From contig JAFYQP010000053.1 in NCBI GenBank assembly GCA_017559855.1, positions 27,103 through 91,102 on the forward strand: a stretch of DNA of 64,000 bases, written 5' to 3'. The notes beneath the pieces are model-generated. The model made no database searches. It worked only from the letters and a program-made list of their open reading frames with translations, and had not been told where the DNA came from. A program made the position numbers and the translations under genes. Source of the stretch: Clostridia bacterium. Its GTDB lineage: Bacteria; Bacillota; Clostridia; Oscillospirales; JAAYXM01. Below are positions 31,072 to 40,852 of this stretch, in pieces. The first letter of the stretch is position 1; every line of letters begins with the position of its first letter.

Positions 31072-31100
31072 GCATAATTGCCACATATCTTTCATATATT
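31072..31100 (+). promoter_or_regulatory. candidate sigmaE-type promoter of the dacB-like gene
   Basis: GCATAAT-N14-CATATATT compared with sigmaE consensus ZHATAXX-14-CATACAHT (7/7 and 6/8). About 75 nt upstream of ATG 31175. Confidence 0.5.
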
Positions 31101-31174
31101 GCATTTAGCGTTAACCTATGGTAAAAATCCGATGTTTTTTTACCAAGTAAACCCTTATTCAGGAGGTATTTCCA

Positions 31175-32290
31175 ATGAAAAAAATCATAACTTTTGCACT
31201 TATCATATCGCTTTTTGCAACACACGCCTTTGCCGTTGATATCCCTGCAGAAGCGGGTGTACTTATGGAAAAAGACACCGGCAAAATTCTGTACGAAAAA
31301 GAATCACACGCAAAACTTCCCCCTGCAAGTGTTACCAAGGTTATGACACTCTTACTCGTTTGCGAGGCACTTGACGAAGGGAGAATATCGCTCACCGACA
31401 CAGTGACAACAAGTGCACACGCCGCAAGTATGGGCGGCTCTCAGGTTTTCCTTGAAGAAGGAGAGAAAATGCCGCTTGAAGATATGTTAAAGGCGACGGT
31501 TATTTCATCAGGTAACGATTCTGCCGTTGCACTTGCAGAGCATATTGCAGGTAGTGAAGACGGTTTTGTAGAACTTATGAATAAGCGTGCGAAAGAACTT
31601 GGAATGAATGACACGCACTTTGCAAACTGCACGGGCCTTGATGCTGACGGGCATCTAACCTCCGCACACGATATCGCAATTATGTCCTGCGAACTTTTAA
31701 AGCACGATTTTATAAAGAAATACACCACAACATGGATGGATAGCATAAGAAATGGCGAATTTCAACTTTCAAACACAAATAAATTGATTAAAACCTACAA
31801 TGGTATAACCGGTCTTAAAACCGGATCAACCGGAAACGCAAAATACTGTGTTTCTGCCTCAGCGGAGCGAAACGGAATGGAACTTGTTGCCGCAATTATG
31901 TCTGCACCCACTACCGCAGAGCGTTTTTCCTCTGCCTCTACCCTTCTTGATTACGGTTTTGCAAACTACGGTCTGTTTGATGCGAAAAAAGACTTTCAAA
32001 GTGTAAAAATCCCCGTAGTTTTAGGTGCAACTCCACAAGTTGAAGGTGTTCTTTCCGATAGCGGAAAAGTTCTTATAAACAAAAGTGATTTGTCAAAAGT
32101 TAAAACCGAGACGGAAATTTGCGAAAACGTTACCGCTCCCGTCAAAGCAGGTCAAAAACTAGGTAGCATGAAAATTTACTGTGGCGACGCTCTTATATCA
32201 GAAATTCCAATCATTGCAAACAGTGAAGTGGAGAGAAAAACCTACAGTAATATTTTCTGGCAACTTATATCAATCGCTTTTATGCGATAA
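31175..32290 (+). CDS. D-alanyl-D-alanine carboxypeptidase (PBP5/DacB-like)
   Basis: Signal peptide. SVTK (SxxK), SGN and KTG motifs. C-terminal hydrophobic anchor. Confidence 0.9.
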   Translation: MKKIITFALIISLFATHAFAVDIPAEAGVLMEKDTGKILYEKESHAKLPPASVTKVMTLLLVCEALDEGRISLTDTVTTSAHAASMGGSQVFLEEGEKMPLEDMLKATVISSGNDSAVALAEHIAGSEDGFVELMNKRAKELGMNDTHFANCTGLDADGHLTSAHDIAIMSCELLKHDFIKKYTTTWMDSIRNGEFQLSNTNKLIKTYNGITGLKTGSTGNAKYCVSASAERNGMELVAAIMSAPTTAERFSSASTLLDYGFANYGLFDAKKDFQSVKIPVVLGATPQVEGVLSDSGKVLINKSDLSKVKTETEICENVTAPVKAGQKLGSMKIYCGDALISEIPIIANSEVERKTYSNIFWQLISIAFMR

Positions 32291-32353
32291 AACTATTGTA
32301 ATTTTAAATTAAATGGTATAAAATAGAATATTATAATGAAAGGAAAGATTTAA

Positions 32354-33679
32354 ATGCAAATTCGTGTAAACACAAAAAACATGGAAAACGTTGGCGATAT
32401 TACCTCGTTTGCAGGTAAATTAAGTGATGCCCATGATATGCTCATAAACAAGACCGGTCTTGGCAATGACTTCACCGGTTGGGTTACTCTCCCTATGGAT
32501 TATGACCGAGAAGAGTTTGCCCGTGTTAAGGCTGCTGCCGAAAAGATCAAGGCAAATTCCGATGTTCTTGTAGTTATCGGTATCGGCGGTTCATATCTCG
32601 GTGCTCGTGCTGCAATTGAATTTTTAAAAAGCCCCTACTACAATATGAAGAAAAAAGATACTCCGGATATCTACTTTGTAGGAAATAACATCAGTCCCGA
32701 TTATCTTACAGAGATTGTTGAACTTATCGGTGACCGTGATTTCTCCATCAATGTTATTTCAAAGTCCGGAACCACAACCGAGCCTGCAATTGCTTTCCGT
32801 ATTTTCAAGGATTTAATCGAAAAGAAATACGGCAAGGTTGGTGCAAAAGAACGCATTTTCGCAACTACCGACAAAGCACGCGGTGCTCTTAAGACTTTAT
32901 CCGACGCAGAGGGTTATGAGACCTTTGTTATTCCCGATGATGTTGGCGGACGTTACTCCGTACTTACGCCGGTTGGTCTTCTTCCCATCGCTGTTTGCGG
33001 TGCCGATATTGATCAGATTATGGCAGGTGCCGAGGCTGAGATGAAGGCAATGCTTGATACAAAGTCTTTTGACAACCCCGCTTGGCAGTATGCCGCTGCT
33101 CGTAACGTTCTCTATTCAAACGGTAAGAACATCGAGGTCCTTGCCTGCTTCGAGCCCCGTTTCCGCTTTATGTCCGAATGGTGGAAGCAGTTATACGGTG
33201 AAAGCGAAGGCAAAGACGGTAAGGGTATCTTCCCCGCTTCTGTTGAATTCTCCGCCGATCTCCACTCTATGGGCCAGTATATTCAGGAGGGTGAACGCAC
33301 ACTCTTTGAGACAATGGTTACCATTGCAAAGTCCGAGCGTCTCTGCCCCATCGGCGAAACCGAAGACAACTTAGATGGTCTTAATTTCCTTGCAGGCCGT
33401 GACCTTCGTTTCGTTAACGAACAGGCAATCCGTGGTACCGTTTTAGCACACGTTGACGGTGGCGTTCCCAACATTGAGATCGCTCTTCCCGACGTAAGTG
33501 ATTATACATTCGGTGCCCTCGTTGTGTTCTTTGAGTTTGCCTGTGGCCTTTCCGGTTACGTTCTCGGCGTTAATCCGTTTGACCAGCCGGGCGTTGAAGC
33601 GTATAAGAAAAATATGTTCGCACTTCTTGATAAACCGGGCTATTCCGAACTGCGTGAAACCCTTTTAGCACGTCTGTAG
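32354..33679 (+). CDS. pgi: glucose-6-phosphate isomerase
   Basis: 441 aa, Gram-positive short type. [29 protein letters not shown] motifs. Confidence 0.95.
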   Translation: MQIRVNTKNMENVGDITSFAGKLSDAHDMLINKTGLGNDFTGWVTLPMDYDREEFARVKAAAEKIKANSDVLVVIGIGGSYLGARAAIEFLKSPYYNMKKKDTPDIYFVGNNISPDYLTEIVELIGDRDFSINVISKSGTTTEPAIAFRIFKDLIEKKYGKVGAKERIFATTDKARGALKTLSDAEGYETFVIPDDVGGRYSVLTPVGLLPIAVCGADIDQIMAGAEAEMKAMLDTKSFDNPAWQYAAARNVLYSNGKNIEVLACFEPRFRFMSEWWKQLYGESEGKDGKGIFPASVEFSADLHSMGQYIQEGERTLFETMVTIAKSERLCPIGETEDNLDGLNFLAGRDLRFVNEQAIRGTVLAHVDGGVPNIEIALPDVSDYTFGALVVFFEFACGLSGYVLGVNPFDQPGVEAYKKNMFALLDKPGYSELRETLLARL

Positions 33680-33791
33680 AAAAAATATATAAATTTTCAA
33701 AAATTTTAATTGAATTTTTATGCAGGTTGTGTTATACTAAAATTAAGAAAAGGGCAACTTGTTTGCCACTTACATTAAGGAGGTTTTTGTC

Positions 33792-34202
33792 ATGATAAAA
33801 ATCATCATGGGACTGCAAGGTCATGGAAAAACAAAACAGATAATCGAGCTTGCTAATACTGCGGCTGATGTTGAAACAAACTGTGCTGTATGTATCGAGC
33901 GTGGCACTAAGCTCACCTACGATATAAGCCATAAGGTTCGCCTTGTTGACATTTCCGGTTATCCGATTACAAGTTATGAGCGTTTGAAGGCTTTCATCTG
34001 CGGTTTATACTCCGGCAACTTCGATATTACTCACATCTTTATCGATAGCCTTTTCAAGGTTGCTAAAAATGACTCTATCGAAGAGACCGAGAATTTCCTC
34101 GCATGGCTTGAGGGCTTCTCCGCTGCTAATAACATCAACTTCACAATCACCATCAGTGCGGACGAAAACCGTGCTACCGATGGTATCAAGAAGTTCTTCT
34201 AA
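33792..34202 (+). CDS. 136-aa minimal P-loop (Walker A/B) protein, unknown function
   Basis: AAGGAGG RBS then ATG 33792. GLQGHGKT Walker A at residues 7-14. HIFIDSL Walker-B-like strand. Own sigmaA promoter TTGAAT-17-TATACT. Confidence 0.55.
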   Translation: MIKIIMGLQGHGKTKQIIELANTAADVETNCAVCIERGTKLTYDISHKVRLVDISGYPITSYERLKAFICGLYSGNFDITHIFIDSLFKVAKNDSIEETENFLAWLEGFSAANNINFTITISADENRATDGIKKFF

Positions 34203-34211
34203 ACAAACATT

Positions 34212-34245
34212 AAATCCCTGCCGCTTTTGTGGCAGGGATTTTTTA
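34212..34245 (+). terminator. intrinsic terminator
   Basis: AATCCCTGCC...GGCAGGGATT plus a T-run. Confidence 0.8.
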
Positions 34246-34253
34246 TTTAAACT

Positions 34254-34289
34254 AAAACGCCACGTGCCTTTTGGCACATGGCGTTTTTC
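34254..34289 (-). terminator. terminator of the ABC/GldG/DUF4340 operon
   Basis: ACGCCAcGTGCC-tttt-GGCACaTGGCGT hairpin. T-rich on the minus strand downstream. Confidence 0.65.
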
Positions 34290-34293
34290 TTAA

Positions 34294-35790
34294 TTAGAAT
34301 ATTGACGGGATATTTCCGCCGGTTGCGAGAATTGCAAATGCATCTTCAAGTTCGGTTATCTGACTTACATTTACATAGTATTTTGCAGGTTGACCGTTAA
34401 TGATTGCAGCATAGTGACGTTCGTTAATAGGTGCGAACTCAAGTGTCTGTGTGGAGTCGTCTGTTTTGGTTACAACAATCTTATGCGTTGCTGCACCATA
34501 ACTTGCACCTTTAACACTATCCTGAATTTCAAATTGGATGGTGTGCATAAAGAGATTGATTGCGTTATCCTGAGAAACACTTGTTCCATCAACCGTCATA
34601 TTTGTACCACCGGATACAACGAAGGTATGATTTGAACCATTAGGTAAAGTGTACTGAATCTGCTTTACGTTAACAAAATCATGACTCCAAATAAGTTTCA
34701 TCATAAACTCTGTATGCTTGATATCAACGAAACTAATAGGCATCTCGGTCACAAGTACACTCGGCACGTCATCACACATAACGTAGTGGCCACCTTTATC
34801 ACCAACATCGCCAACTTTAATTACATGGGTGTTCTTGTATTTATCCTTAACCTCAATAACGGTAGGATCGTCAAGTCCATACTTACTTAAATCCTTAGGA
34901 TGATCCTCAATCAAATCGTACACGGTGATTCCGATAAACGGTGTGAGAACCTTATCCTCAACAATGGAATTGTCTGCATCGGACTTATCGGGAGACACCA
35001 ATTCAAAACGCGGTGCATTTTCGTCTTGCGGCGTTCCGTCAGCATTTGTCTTAACACCCTCTTTGCGACGAATGGTTACTTTATCATCGTTGGGGCGTTT
35101 TACGGAAATTTCATTAATTTCATATATGGTGGAATATGCGTCGTAAAGCGAGATATCTCGATAATCAACAAGTGACATCATAAGCATCTCTGCCGTACTT
35201 CCGCCAATAAGATACACACGTCCGGTGTCGGCACGTTTTAAATAAATTCCGTCACCGCTGGGTGCATCGCCGCCAAGGATAAGTTCCAACTTCTGGTTTC
35301 CTTTGAAATTAACTTTGATTTTCTGTCTCGGTTTATCAAAGCCGAATTCATCATCACGTCCCTGCGGATCTTTAATTTCTTCAACAGCAAGGATATAACT
35401 TACATAGCCCGCAATAGTGTATAAATCGCTATTGTTGTATCTGAATTCGTCACCTGCACCTTTTACAACACCTACTTGGTTACCTTCCATATCTGTTGTA
35501 TAGATGATTTCAAAGTCCTTGCCGTCGGACGGACTTACCTCAATGGATTCAACCATTTTTGCACTTTTGTTTGAAATGATAATGTCCTCATGTTCATCTG
35601 CCGGAGCAAAATCAACAACATTCTCCTGTTGGGGAATGAGTAAAACCGCACCAAGTGTTGCAACTGCGGCTATTACACAGATAATTGCCGTAATAATAAC
35701 CGGTTTCCACTTTTTAGCAGCAGATTTTTTCACCTTTGGGGTGTTTTCCCCATCTACCGGGGTATTTTCTACTATATTTTTCTCGTCCAT
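34294..35790 (-). CDS. DUF4340-like membrane-anchored extracytoplasmic protein
   Basis: 498 aa. A single N-terminal TM helix (VIITAIICVIAAVATLGAVLLI), then a beta-rich domain. Last gene of the ABC/GldG operon. Confidence 0.6.
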   Translation of the reverse strand: MDEKNIVENTPVDGENTPKVKKSAAKKWKPVIITAIICVIAAVATLGAVLLIPQQENVVDFAPADEHEDIIISNKSAKMVESIEVSPSDGKDFEIIYTTDMEGNQVGVVKGAGDEFRYNNSDLYTIAGYVSYILAVEEIKDPQGRDDEFGFDKPRQKIKVNFKGNQKLELILGGDAPSGDGIYLKRADTGRVYLIGGSTAEMLMMSLVDYRDISLYDAYSTIYEINEISVKRPNDDKVTIRRKEGVKTNADGTPQDENAPRFELVSPDKSDADNSIVEDKVLTPFIGITVYDLIEDHPKDLSKYGLDDPTVIEVKDKYKNTHVIKVGDVGDKGGHYVMCDDVPSVLVTEMPISFVDIKHTEFMMKLIWSHDFVNVKQIQYTLPNGSNHTFVVSGGTNMTVDGTSVSQDNAINLFMHTIQFEIQDSVKGASYGAATHKIVVTKTDDSTQTLEFAPINERHYAAIINGQPAKYYVNVSQITELEDAFAILATGGNIPSIF

Positions 35791-35805
35791 ACTATCTCTC
35801 TCCTA

Positions 35806-37287
35806 TTACTTGTGTCTGCGTTTGATAAAGATGAAAATACCTGCAGCAAGAATTGCAATAGGTACGATTACTACAAGAATAATACCAAACACATTTGCCT
35901 GCGACTCATAAATATTAAGGTCGTATTCCGCAACCATCTTGGGAGCAACCTTTAAGGTGCTTGTGTTCTTGTTTGCATAACGCACCATTGCTCTAAAGAA
36001 AGATTGGTTAAGTGCTACAGGGAAATCCATAATTCTGTCAATCGCCATATAGTGGCTGCTGAAAAGGAATACTCTATTTTCATTCACATCGCCATCATTA
36101 CTGTATGCCGCACGTTCACCAACTGCCGCAATAACAAATGGTCCTTTCTTCTCATCAGCCTGACGCTCGGCAGTTGTGCTCATGCCCGGTGCGTTCATAC
36201 GCTCATAAGAAGATGATAACGTAGATGCAAGAGGGAGAACGCGTTTGTTTCCGCTTTGCTCATAAATAATGTCTATCGGATGAGATGCACAAGTATAGAA
36301 TGTTTCGTCATTTAACTCAACAGCCGCCGTTGCGGTATTCGAATGAACCATACACATAATTGCATCGCCGAATTTTTTCTGTTGATCAAGAACGATTGAG
36401 GTTCTTATCTGCATACCCCAATCTGCCAGGAAGCGTTCTAAAACCGGAAGATTTGTTCCAAGGTTGGGATTCCAGAAAACGTAGATATTATTTCCGGGAA
36501 TGGTTAAATATCTGTCGATTTTTGCAATCTCGTCAGCGGTAAAGTCAAGTGCCGGTGCGGAAATGACAACGTTGTTAACGTCTGCGGGAATATCCTCGGT
36601 ACGGAGGTTTACATCAATACGTTCAAAGTAGTTATCATCTGCAACCGCATTAAAAAGCGATACCTCAAGTTCATTATGTCCCGTGATGGTTGCAACTTTT
36701 GACACCTGCTCAGATGCCGCATAAAGAACCGCACCTGTAAGTTCCGCCTCGGTACTGTAATACACGGTACCATTTTTAGTCTGTGCGATGATTTCATTTG
36801 CGGCGATTGTTGCATAACGGTCAATATCGTCACGGCTTATAATAAGAAGTGCATCCGCTCTGTCGTTTGTCGCCTTCGCATTTGGGAAACGGTCGTAGAA
36901 TTTCGGATTCTGGTTCTTATCAACAAACTCGTACTTGATTTTTCCACCGGATGCGGTAACGTAACGCTTGATCATCTCTTCAATTTGGTCGATAGCGTTC
37001 ACACGCTTGTCCGCAAGACTGTCGGTCAGTGATGCGGCATCGGTATTTTCAAAGAAAATTTCACGTTCCATAACGTATACAGTTATGTTCTTATCGAGTT
37101 CTGCAAGTGCCTCTTTTGTTGCGTCGGAAATCGAGTAATCACTGTTCTCCGTAAGGTCAATAGAAAGTGAAAATCTGTTTGTCAGAAAGCCTACCAGCAT
37201 ATTGAAAATAAGCACGGCAACGATAAATAAAATGATAAACACACTTGAGAGTGATGCATATTGAAGTTTTCTCTTGTTAATTTTCAT
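35806..37287 (-). CDS. GldG-like ABC-transporter auxiliary protein
   Basis: 493 aa. N- and C-terminal TM helices flank a large extracytoplasmic domain. Positioned after the ABC-2 permease as in gldA-F-G. Confidence 0.65.
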   Translation of the reverse strand: MKINKRKLQYASLSSVFIILFIVAVLIFNMLVGFLTNRFSLSIDLTENSDYSISDATKEALAELDKNITVYVMEREIFFENTDAASLTDSLADKRVNAIDQIEEMIKRYVTASGGKIKYEFVDKNQNPKFYDRFPNAKATNDRADALLIISRDDIDRYATIAANEIIAQTKNGTVYYSTEAELTGAVLYAASEQVSKVATITGHNELEVSLFNAVADDNYFERIDVNLRTEDIPADVNNVVISAPALDFTADEIAKIDRYLTIPGNNIYVFWNPNLGTNLPVLERFLADWGMQIRTSIVLDQQKKFGDAIMCMVHSNTATAAVELNDETFYTCASHPIDIIYEQSGNKRVLPLASTLSSSYERMNAPGMSTTAERQADEKKGPFVIAAVGERAAYSNDGDVNENRVFLFSSHYMAIDRIMDFPVALNQSFFRAMVRYANKNTSTLKVAPKMVAEYDLNIYESQANVFGIILVVIVPIAILAAGIFIFIKRRHK

Positions 37288-37300
37288 TTATATCACCCTC

Positions 37301-38005
37301 CTAACTCCAACGTTGTTTCTCTATTACCCTTGAGGTAAGGAAAAGGAAAATTCCCGTAACGCTGATAAAGTAGAAAATATCGGAAAGCGGAAGGACACCG
37401 ATAAATATATTACGATATCTTGTTACAAGGGATAAGAATACGAATATTGTATTGAGAATCGGTGATGTGGAGAAGTTAACCAAAAGGTCCATTCCCACAA
37501 AAAGAGCAAGAGCAAGTATTGAGCAGATAGCACTTACAATCTGGCTCTTTGTTAGTGATGACACAAAAAGACTGATTGAAATATACGCTGCTGCAACAAG
37601 GATGATGCCCACGTAGTTGCCCACGGTTTTGCCAACATCAAGCACACCTTTTGCATTTACCAATATAGGATATACAACGGTGAAGGCAAGGCCGATGAGG
37701 AAAAGTGCCATTGCCGCCGAGAATTTACCCAGAACAACACTTGTTGTAGACACCGGTGCGGTAAGCAAAAGTTGGTCGGTTTTCTGTTTTTTCTCATCAC
37801 TCCACAAACGCATTGTCATAAGCGGAATGAGAAGTGTGAGGAACAAAATCATATTAAGGAAAATTGGTGAAAAATCACTTTGGAAATTTGTGAGATTTGA
37901 AAGATAAAAGTTTAAGTTGCAGACGAAAAGAAATACTGCAAGAAAAACGTATCCGAGGGGATCGGTGAAATATGCCCGCATCTCACGCTTGAAAATTGCC
38001 AACAT
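37301..38005 (-). CDS. ABC-2 type transporter permease (GldF-like)
   Basis: 234-aa protein with about six TM helices. TAATG stop/start overlap with the ATPase gene. Confidence 0.75.
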   Translation of the reverse strand: MLAIFKREMRAYFTDPLGYVFLAVFLFVCNLNFYLSNLTNFQSDFSPIFLNMILFLTLLIPLMTMRLWSDEKKQKTDQLLLTAPVSTTSVVLGKFSAAMALFLIGLAFTVVYPILVNAKGVLDVGKTVGNYVGIILVAAAYISISLFVSSLTKSQIVSAICSILALALFVGMDLLVNFSTSPILNTIFVFLSLVTRYRNIFIGVLPLSDIFYFISVTGIFLFLTSRVIEKQRWS

Positions 38006-38979
38006 TATTCATTCCCCTCCTCTTCCTGATCGAAAATAAGTTTTGTAGAATCATTTGCAGTAAGCGTTGCAAATACATCTTCAAGAGTTACCGTATCTGC
38101 CTGCATACTCAAAATCGGAATTTCACGGTCTGCCATCGCAAAGAATATCTTCTTTCTTACATCCTCAGATTCCAACGTAATTGCAAAGTCGCCGCCGACA
38201 GCACCAACTTGCTTTTGAAGTTTCGCCTCAATTACGCCCTCAATGCCACTAAGTATTCCGAGAACCTCGTCGGTTTTTCCTTCAATACGTGCAATGTAGC
38301 GGATGTCGTTACTTACACCTGCGGTTAACTGATCTGCAGATCCGTCAGCAACAATAACACCCTTATTGATAACAAGTACTCGCTCACAAACTGCACTAAC
38401 CTCAGGCAAGATATGTGTGGAAAGGATAATTGTTCTCTCACGGCCAAGGCCCTTTATCATATCACGAATTTCAACGATCTGATTCGGATCGAGACCAACG
38501 GTTGGCTCGTCGAGAATAAGAACGTCCGGATCACCGATAAGTGCCTGTGCTATACCTACACGCTGCTTGTAACCCTTTGAAAGGTTGCCAATAATGCGAT
38601 GACGCACATGCTCAATATCAACCAACTTGCATACTTCGGCAAGATGGTCTTTTTTTGTTTTATGGCGAACTTTCTTCAAGTCAAATACGAAACTTAAATA
38701 CTCATTTACCGTCATATCCATATAAAGTGGCGGTTGCTCCGGCAGATAGCCTACATGACGGCGCGCTTCAAGTGCTTCGTCAAGCACATCATAGCCCGCG
38801 ATTGTCGCATTGCCGCCCGTAGCGGAAAGATAGCCGGTTATCATATTCATAGTGGTACTCTTACCTGCACCGTTAGGGCCTAAAAAGCCCACAATTTCGC
38901 CTTTTTTAATATGAAATGAGATATTGTCAACGGCAAGATTTGAGCCGTATTTTTTTGTGAGATTTTTTACCTCTATCAT
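38005..38979 (-). CDS. ABC transporter ATP-binding protein (GldA-like)
   Basis: GPNGAGKSTT Walker A, LSKGYKQRV signature, LILDEPTVGLD Walker B. C-terminal extension of about 100 aa. Confidence 0.9.
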   Translation of the reverse strand: MIEVKNLTKKYGSNLAVDNISFHIKKGEIVGFLGPNGAGKSTTMNMITGYLSATGGNATIAGYDVLDEALEARRHVGYLPEQPPLYMDMTVNEYLSFVFDLKKVRHKTKKDHLAEVCKLVDIEHVRHRIIGNLSKGYKQRVGIAQALIGDPDVLILDEPTVGLDPNQIVEIRDMIKGLGRERTIILSTHILPEVSAVCERVLVINKGVIVADGSADQLTAGVSNDIRYIARIEGKTDEVLGILSGIEGVIEAKLQKQVGAVGGDFAITLESEDVRKKIFFAMADREIPILSMQADTVTLEDVFATLTANDSTKLIFDQEEEGNE

Positions 38980-39055
38980 ACTTTTCTACCTCCTTGCAGA
39001 TACCTCTGCAATTGTAACAGAAATAAACAAAACAGTTGTTACGATTCTGTAAATT

Positions 39056-40849
39056 TTATTCTTTTTCCGGTAAATCCAATGCAATATGAAGTTCCTTGAG
39101 TTGCTTTTCGTCAACAACGTCAGGAGATGCCATCATAAGTTCGGACGCGTTCTGCACCTTGGGGAATGCAATTACGTCACGAATGGATTCACGTCCGGAA
39201 ATAAGCATTACAAGGCGGTCTAATCCAAATGCAAGACCACCGTGAGGAGGTGCACCGTATGAAAATGCCTCTATGAGGTGACCAAACTGCTCGTTTGCCT
39301 TTTCTTCGGTAAAGCCGAGAGCCTTAAACATTTTTGCCTGAAGTGCACTATCGTGGATGCGGATGGAGCCGCCGCCCGCTTCAGAACCGTTGATTACGAT
39401 ATCGTATGCCTTTGCACATACCTTTTCGGGATGTGTATCAAGAAGGTCGATATCCTCGTCACGCGGGGATGTGAAGGGATGGTGTTTTGCAACATAACGC
39501 TCTTCCTCTTCGTCATACTCGAACAACGGGAAATCGGTAACCCAAAGAATCTTATAATCGTTTTTATCAATTACGTTCATTCTCTTTGCACATTCGCAAC
39601 GGAGTGCACCGAGAGATGCAAACACAACGTCATCCTTTGCATCGGCAACAACAAGAATAAGGTCGTTATCCCCTGCTTGTGCACGATCCTTAATAGCTGC
39701 AATTTCAGCATCGGATAAGAATTTAGCAAAGGAAGATGTCATTTCACCATCGGTAAACTTCATCCATGCAAGACCTTTTGCACGATAGGTCTTTACAAAT
39801 TCACCAAGTGCATCTATTTCTTTACGTTTGAAGGTTGCACCGCCGCCGTTTACGTTGATAAGACGAACGCTACCGCCCGCCTCGATTGCACCGGAGAATA
39901 CCTTGAACTCTGTATTTGCAACAATATCAGAAATGTTTTTAAGTTCGTAGCCAAAACGTAAATCAGGCTTGTCCGAGCCGAAACGATCCATTGCCTCAGC
40001 ATAAGGCATACGCATAAACGGTCTCTCAAGTTCAATTCCATGAATGTCCCTAAAGAGTCTTGCTATAAAACCTTCGTTAACTGCGATTACATCGTCAACG
40101 TCTACGAAAGACATTTCAAGGTCGATCTGTGTAAACTCAGGCTGACGGTCAGCACGAAGATCTTCATCACGGAAGCAACGGGTGATCTGAATGTATCTGT
40201 CAAAACCTGCAAGCATTAAAAGCTGCTTATACTGCTGCGGTGACTGCGGAAGTGCATAGAACTTACCGGGATGAACACGGGAAGGAACGAGATAGTCACG
40301 TGCACCCTCAGGAGTCGACTTTGTAAGAATCGGTGTTTCGATTTCGTAGAAACCGTTTTCATCATAATAGTCACGTGCAATCTTTGCTATTCTGTGGCGG
40401 AGAGCGATTGTTCTCTGCATATCCGGACGACGAAGGTCAAGATAACGATATTTAAGACGAAGTACGTCGTTTACGTCGCTATCCTCAACAATTTCAAAGG
40501 GGGTTGTATTAGCCTTTGAAAGAATTCGGATTTCATCTGCAAGGATCTCAACACCGCCGGTGGGGAGTTTATCATTGATTGCACCCTCGCCACGGCTTCT
40601 TACCGTACCTGAGATAGCAAGAACGAACTCACTTCTTACGGTAAATGCCTTGTCGAAAAGTTCCTTATTGATTGCCTCGTCAAATGTGCACTGCACAACA
40701 CCGCTACGGTCACGAAGGTCAACGAATATGAGACCGCCGAGGTTTCTCATACGCTGAACCCAACCGAACACAGTAGCATTCTCGCCTATATGCTCCGGGC
40801 GAAACTCACCACAGTAGCGAGTTCTTTTCATACCCTTAATGTTTTCCAT
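39056..40849 (-). CDS. aspS: aspartate--tRNA ligase
   Basis: 597 aa. Class II motifs FRDEDLRADRQPEFTQ and GGLAFGLDR. Confidence 0.95.
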   Translation of the reverse strand: MENIKGMKRTRYCGEFRPEHIGENATVFGWVQRMRNLGGLIFVDLRDRSGVVQCTFDEAINKELFDKAFTVRSEFVLAISGTVRSRGEGAINDKLPTGGVEILADEIRILSKANTTPFEIVEDSDVNDVLRLKYRYLDLRRPDMQRTIALRHRIAKIARDYYDENGFYEIETPILTKSTPEGARDYLVPSRVHPGKFYALPQSPQQYKQLLMLAGFDRYIQITRCFRDEDLRADRQPEFTQIDLEMSFVDVDDVIAVNEGFIARLFRDIHGIELERPFMRMPYAEAMDRFGSDKPDLRFGYELKNISDIVANTEFKVFSGAIEAGGSVRLINVNGGGATFKRKEIDALGEFVKTYRAKGLAWMKFTDGEMTSSFAKFLSDAEIAAIKDRAQAGDNDLILVVADAKDDVVFASLGALRCECAKRMNVIDKNDYKILWVTDFPLFEYDEEEERYVAKHHPFTSPRDEDIDLLDTHPEKVCAKAYDIVINGSEAGGGSIRIHDSALQAKMFKALGFTEEKANEQFGHLIEAFSYGAPPHGGLAFGLDRLVMLISGRESIRDVIAFPKVQNASELMMASPDVVDEKQLKELHIALDLPEKE

Positions 40850-40852
40850 AAT

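Noticed and set aside
30907-31104. N-terminal 65-aa extension of the CAP-domain ORF (track start at 31104)
   Set aside because: The extension has no RBS and an odd composition. A strong AAAGGAGAT RBS precedes the internal MKMKK start, which begins a normal signal peptide.
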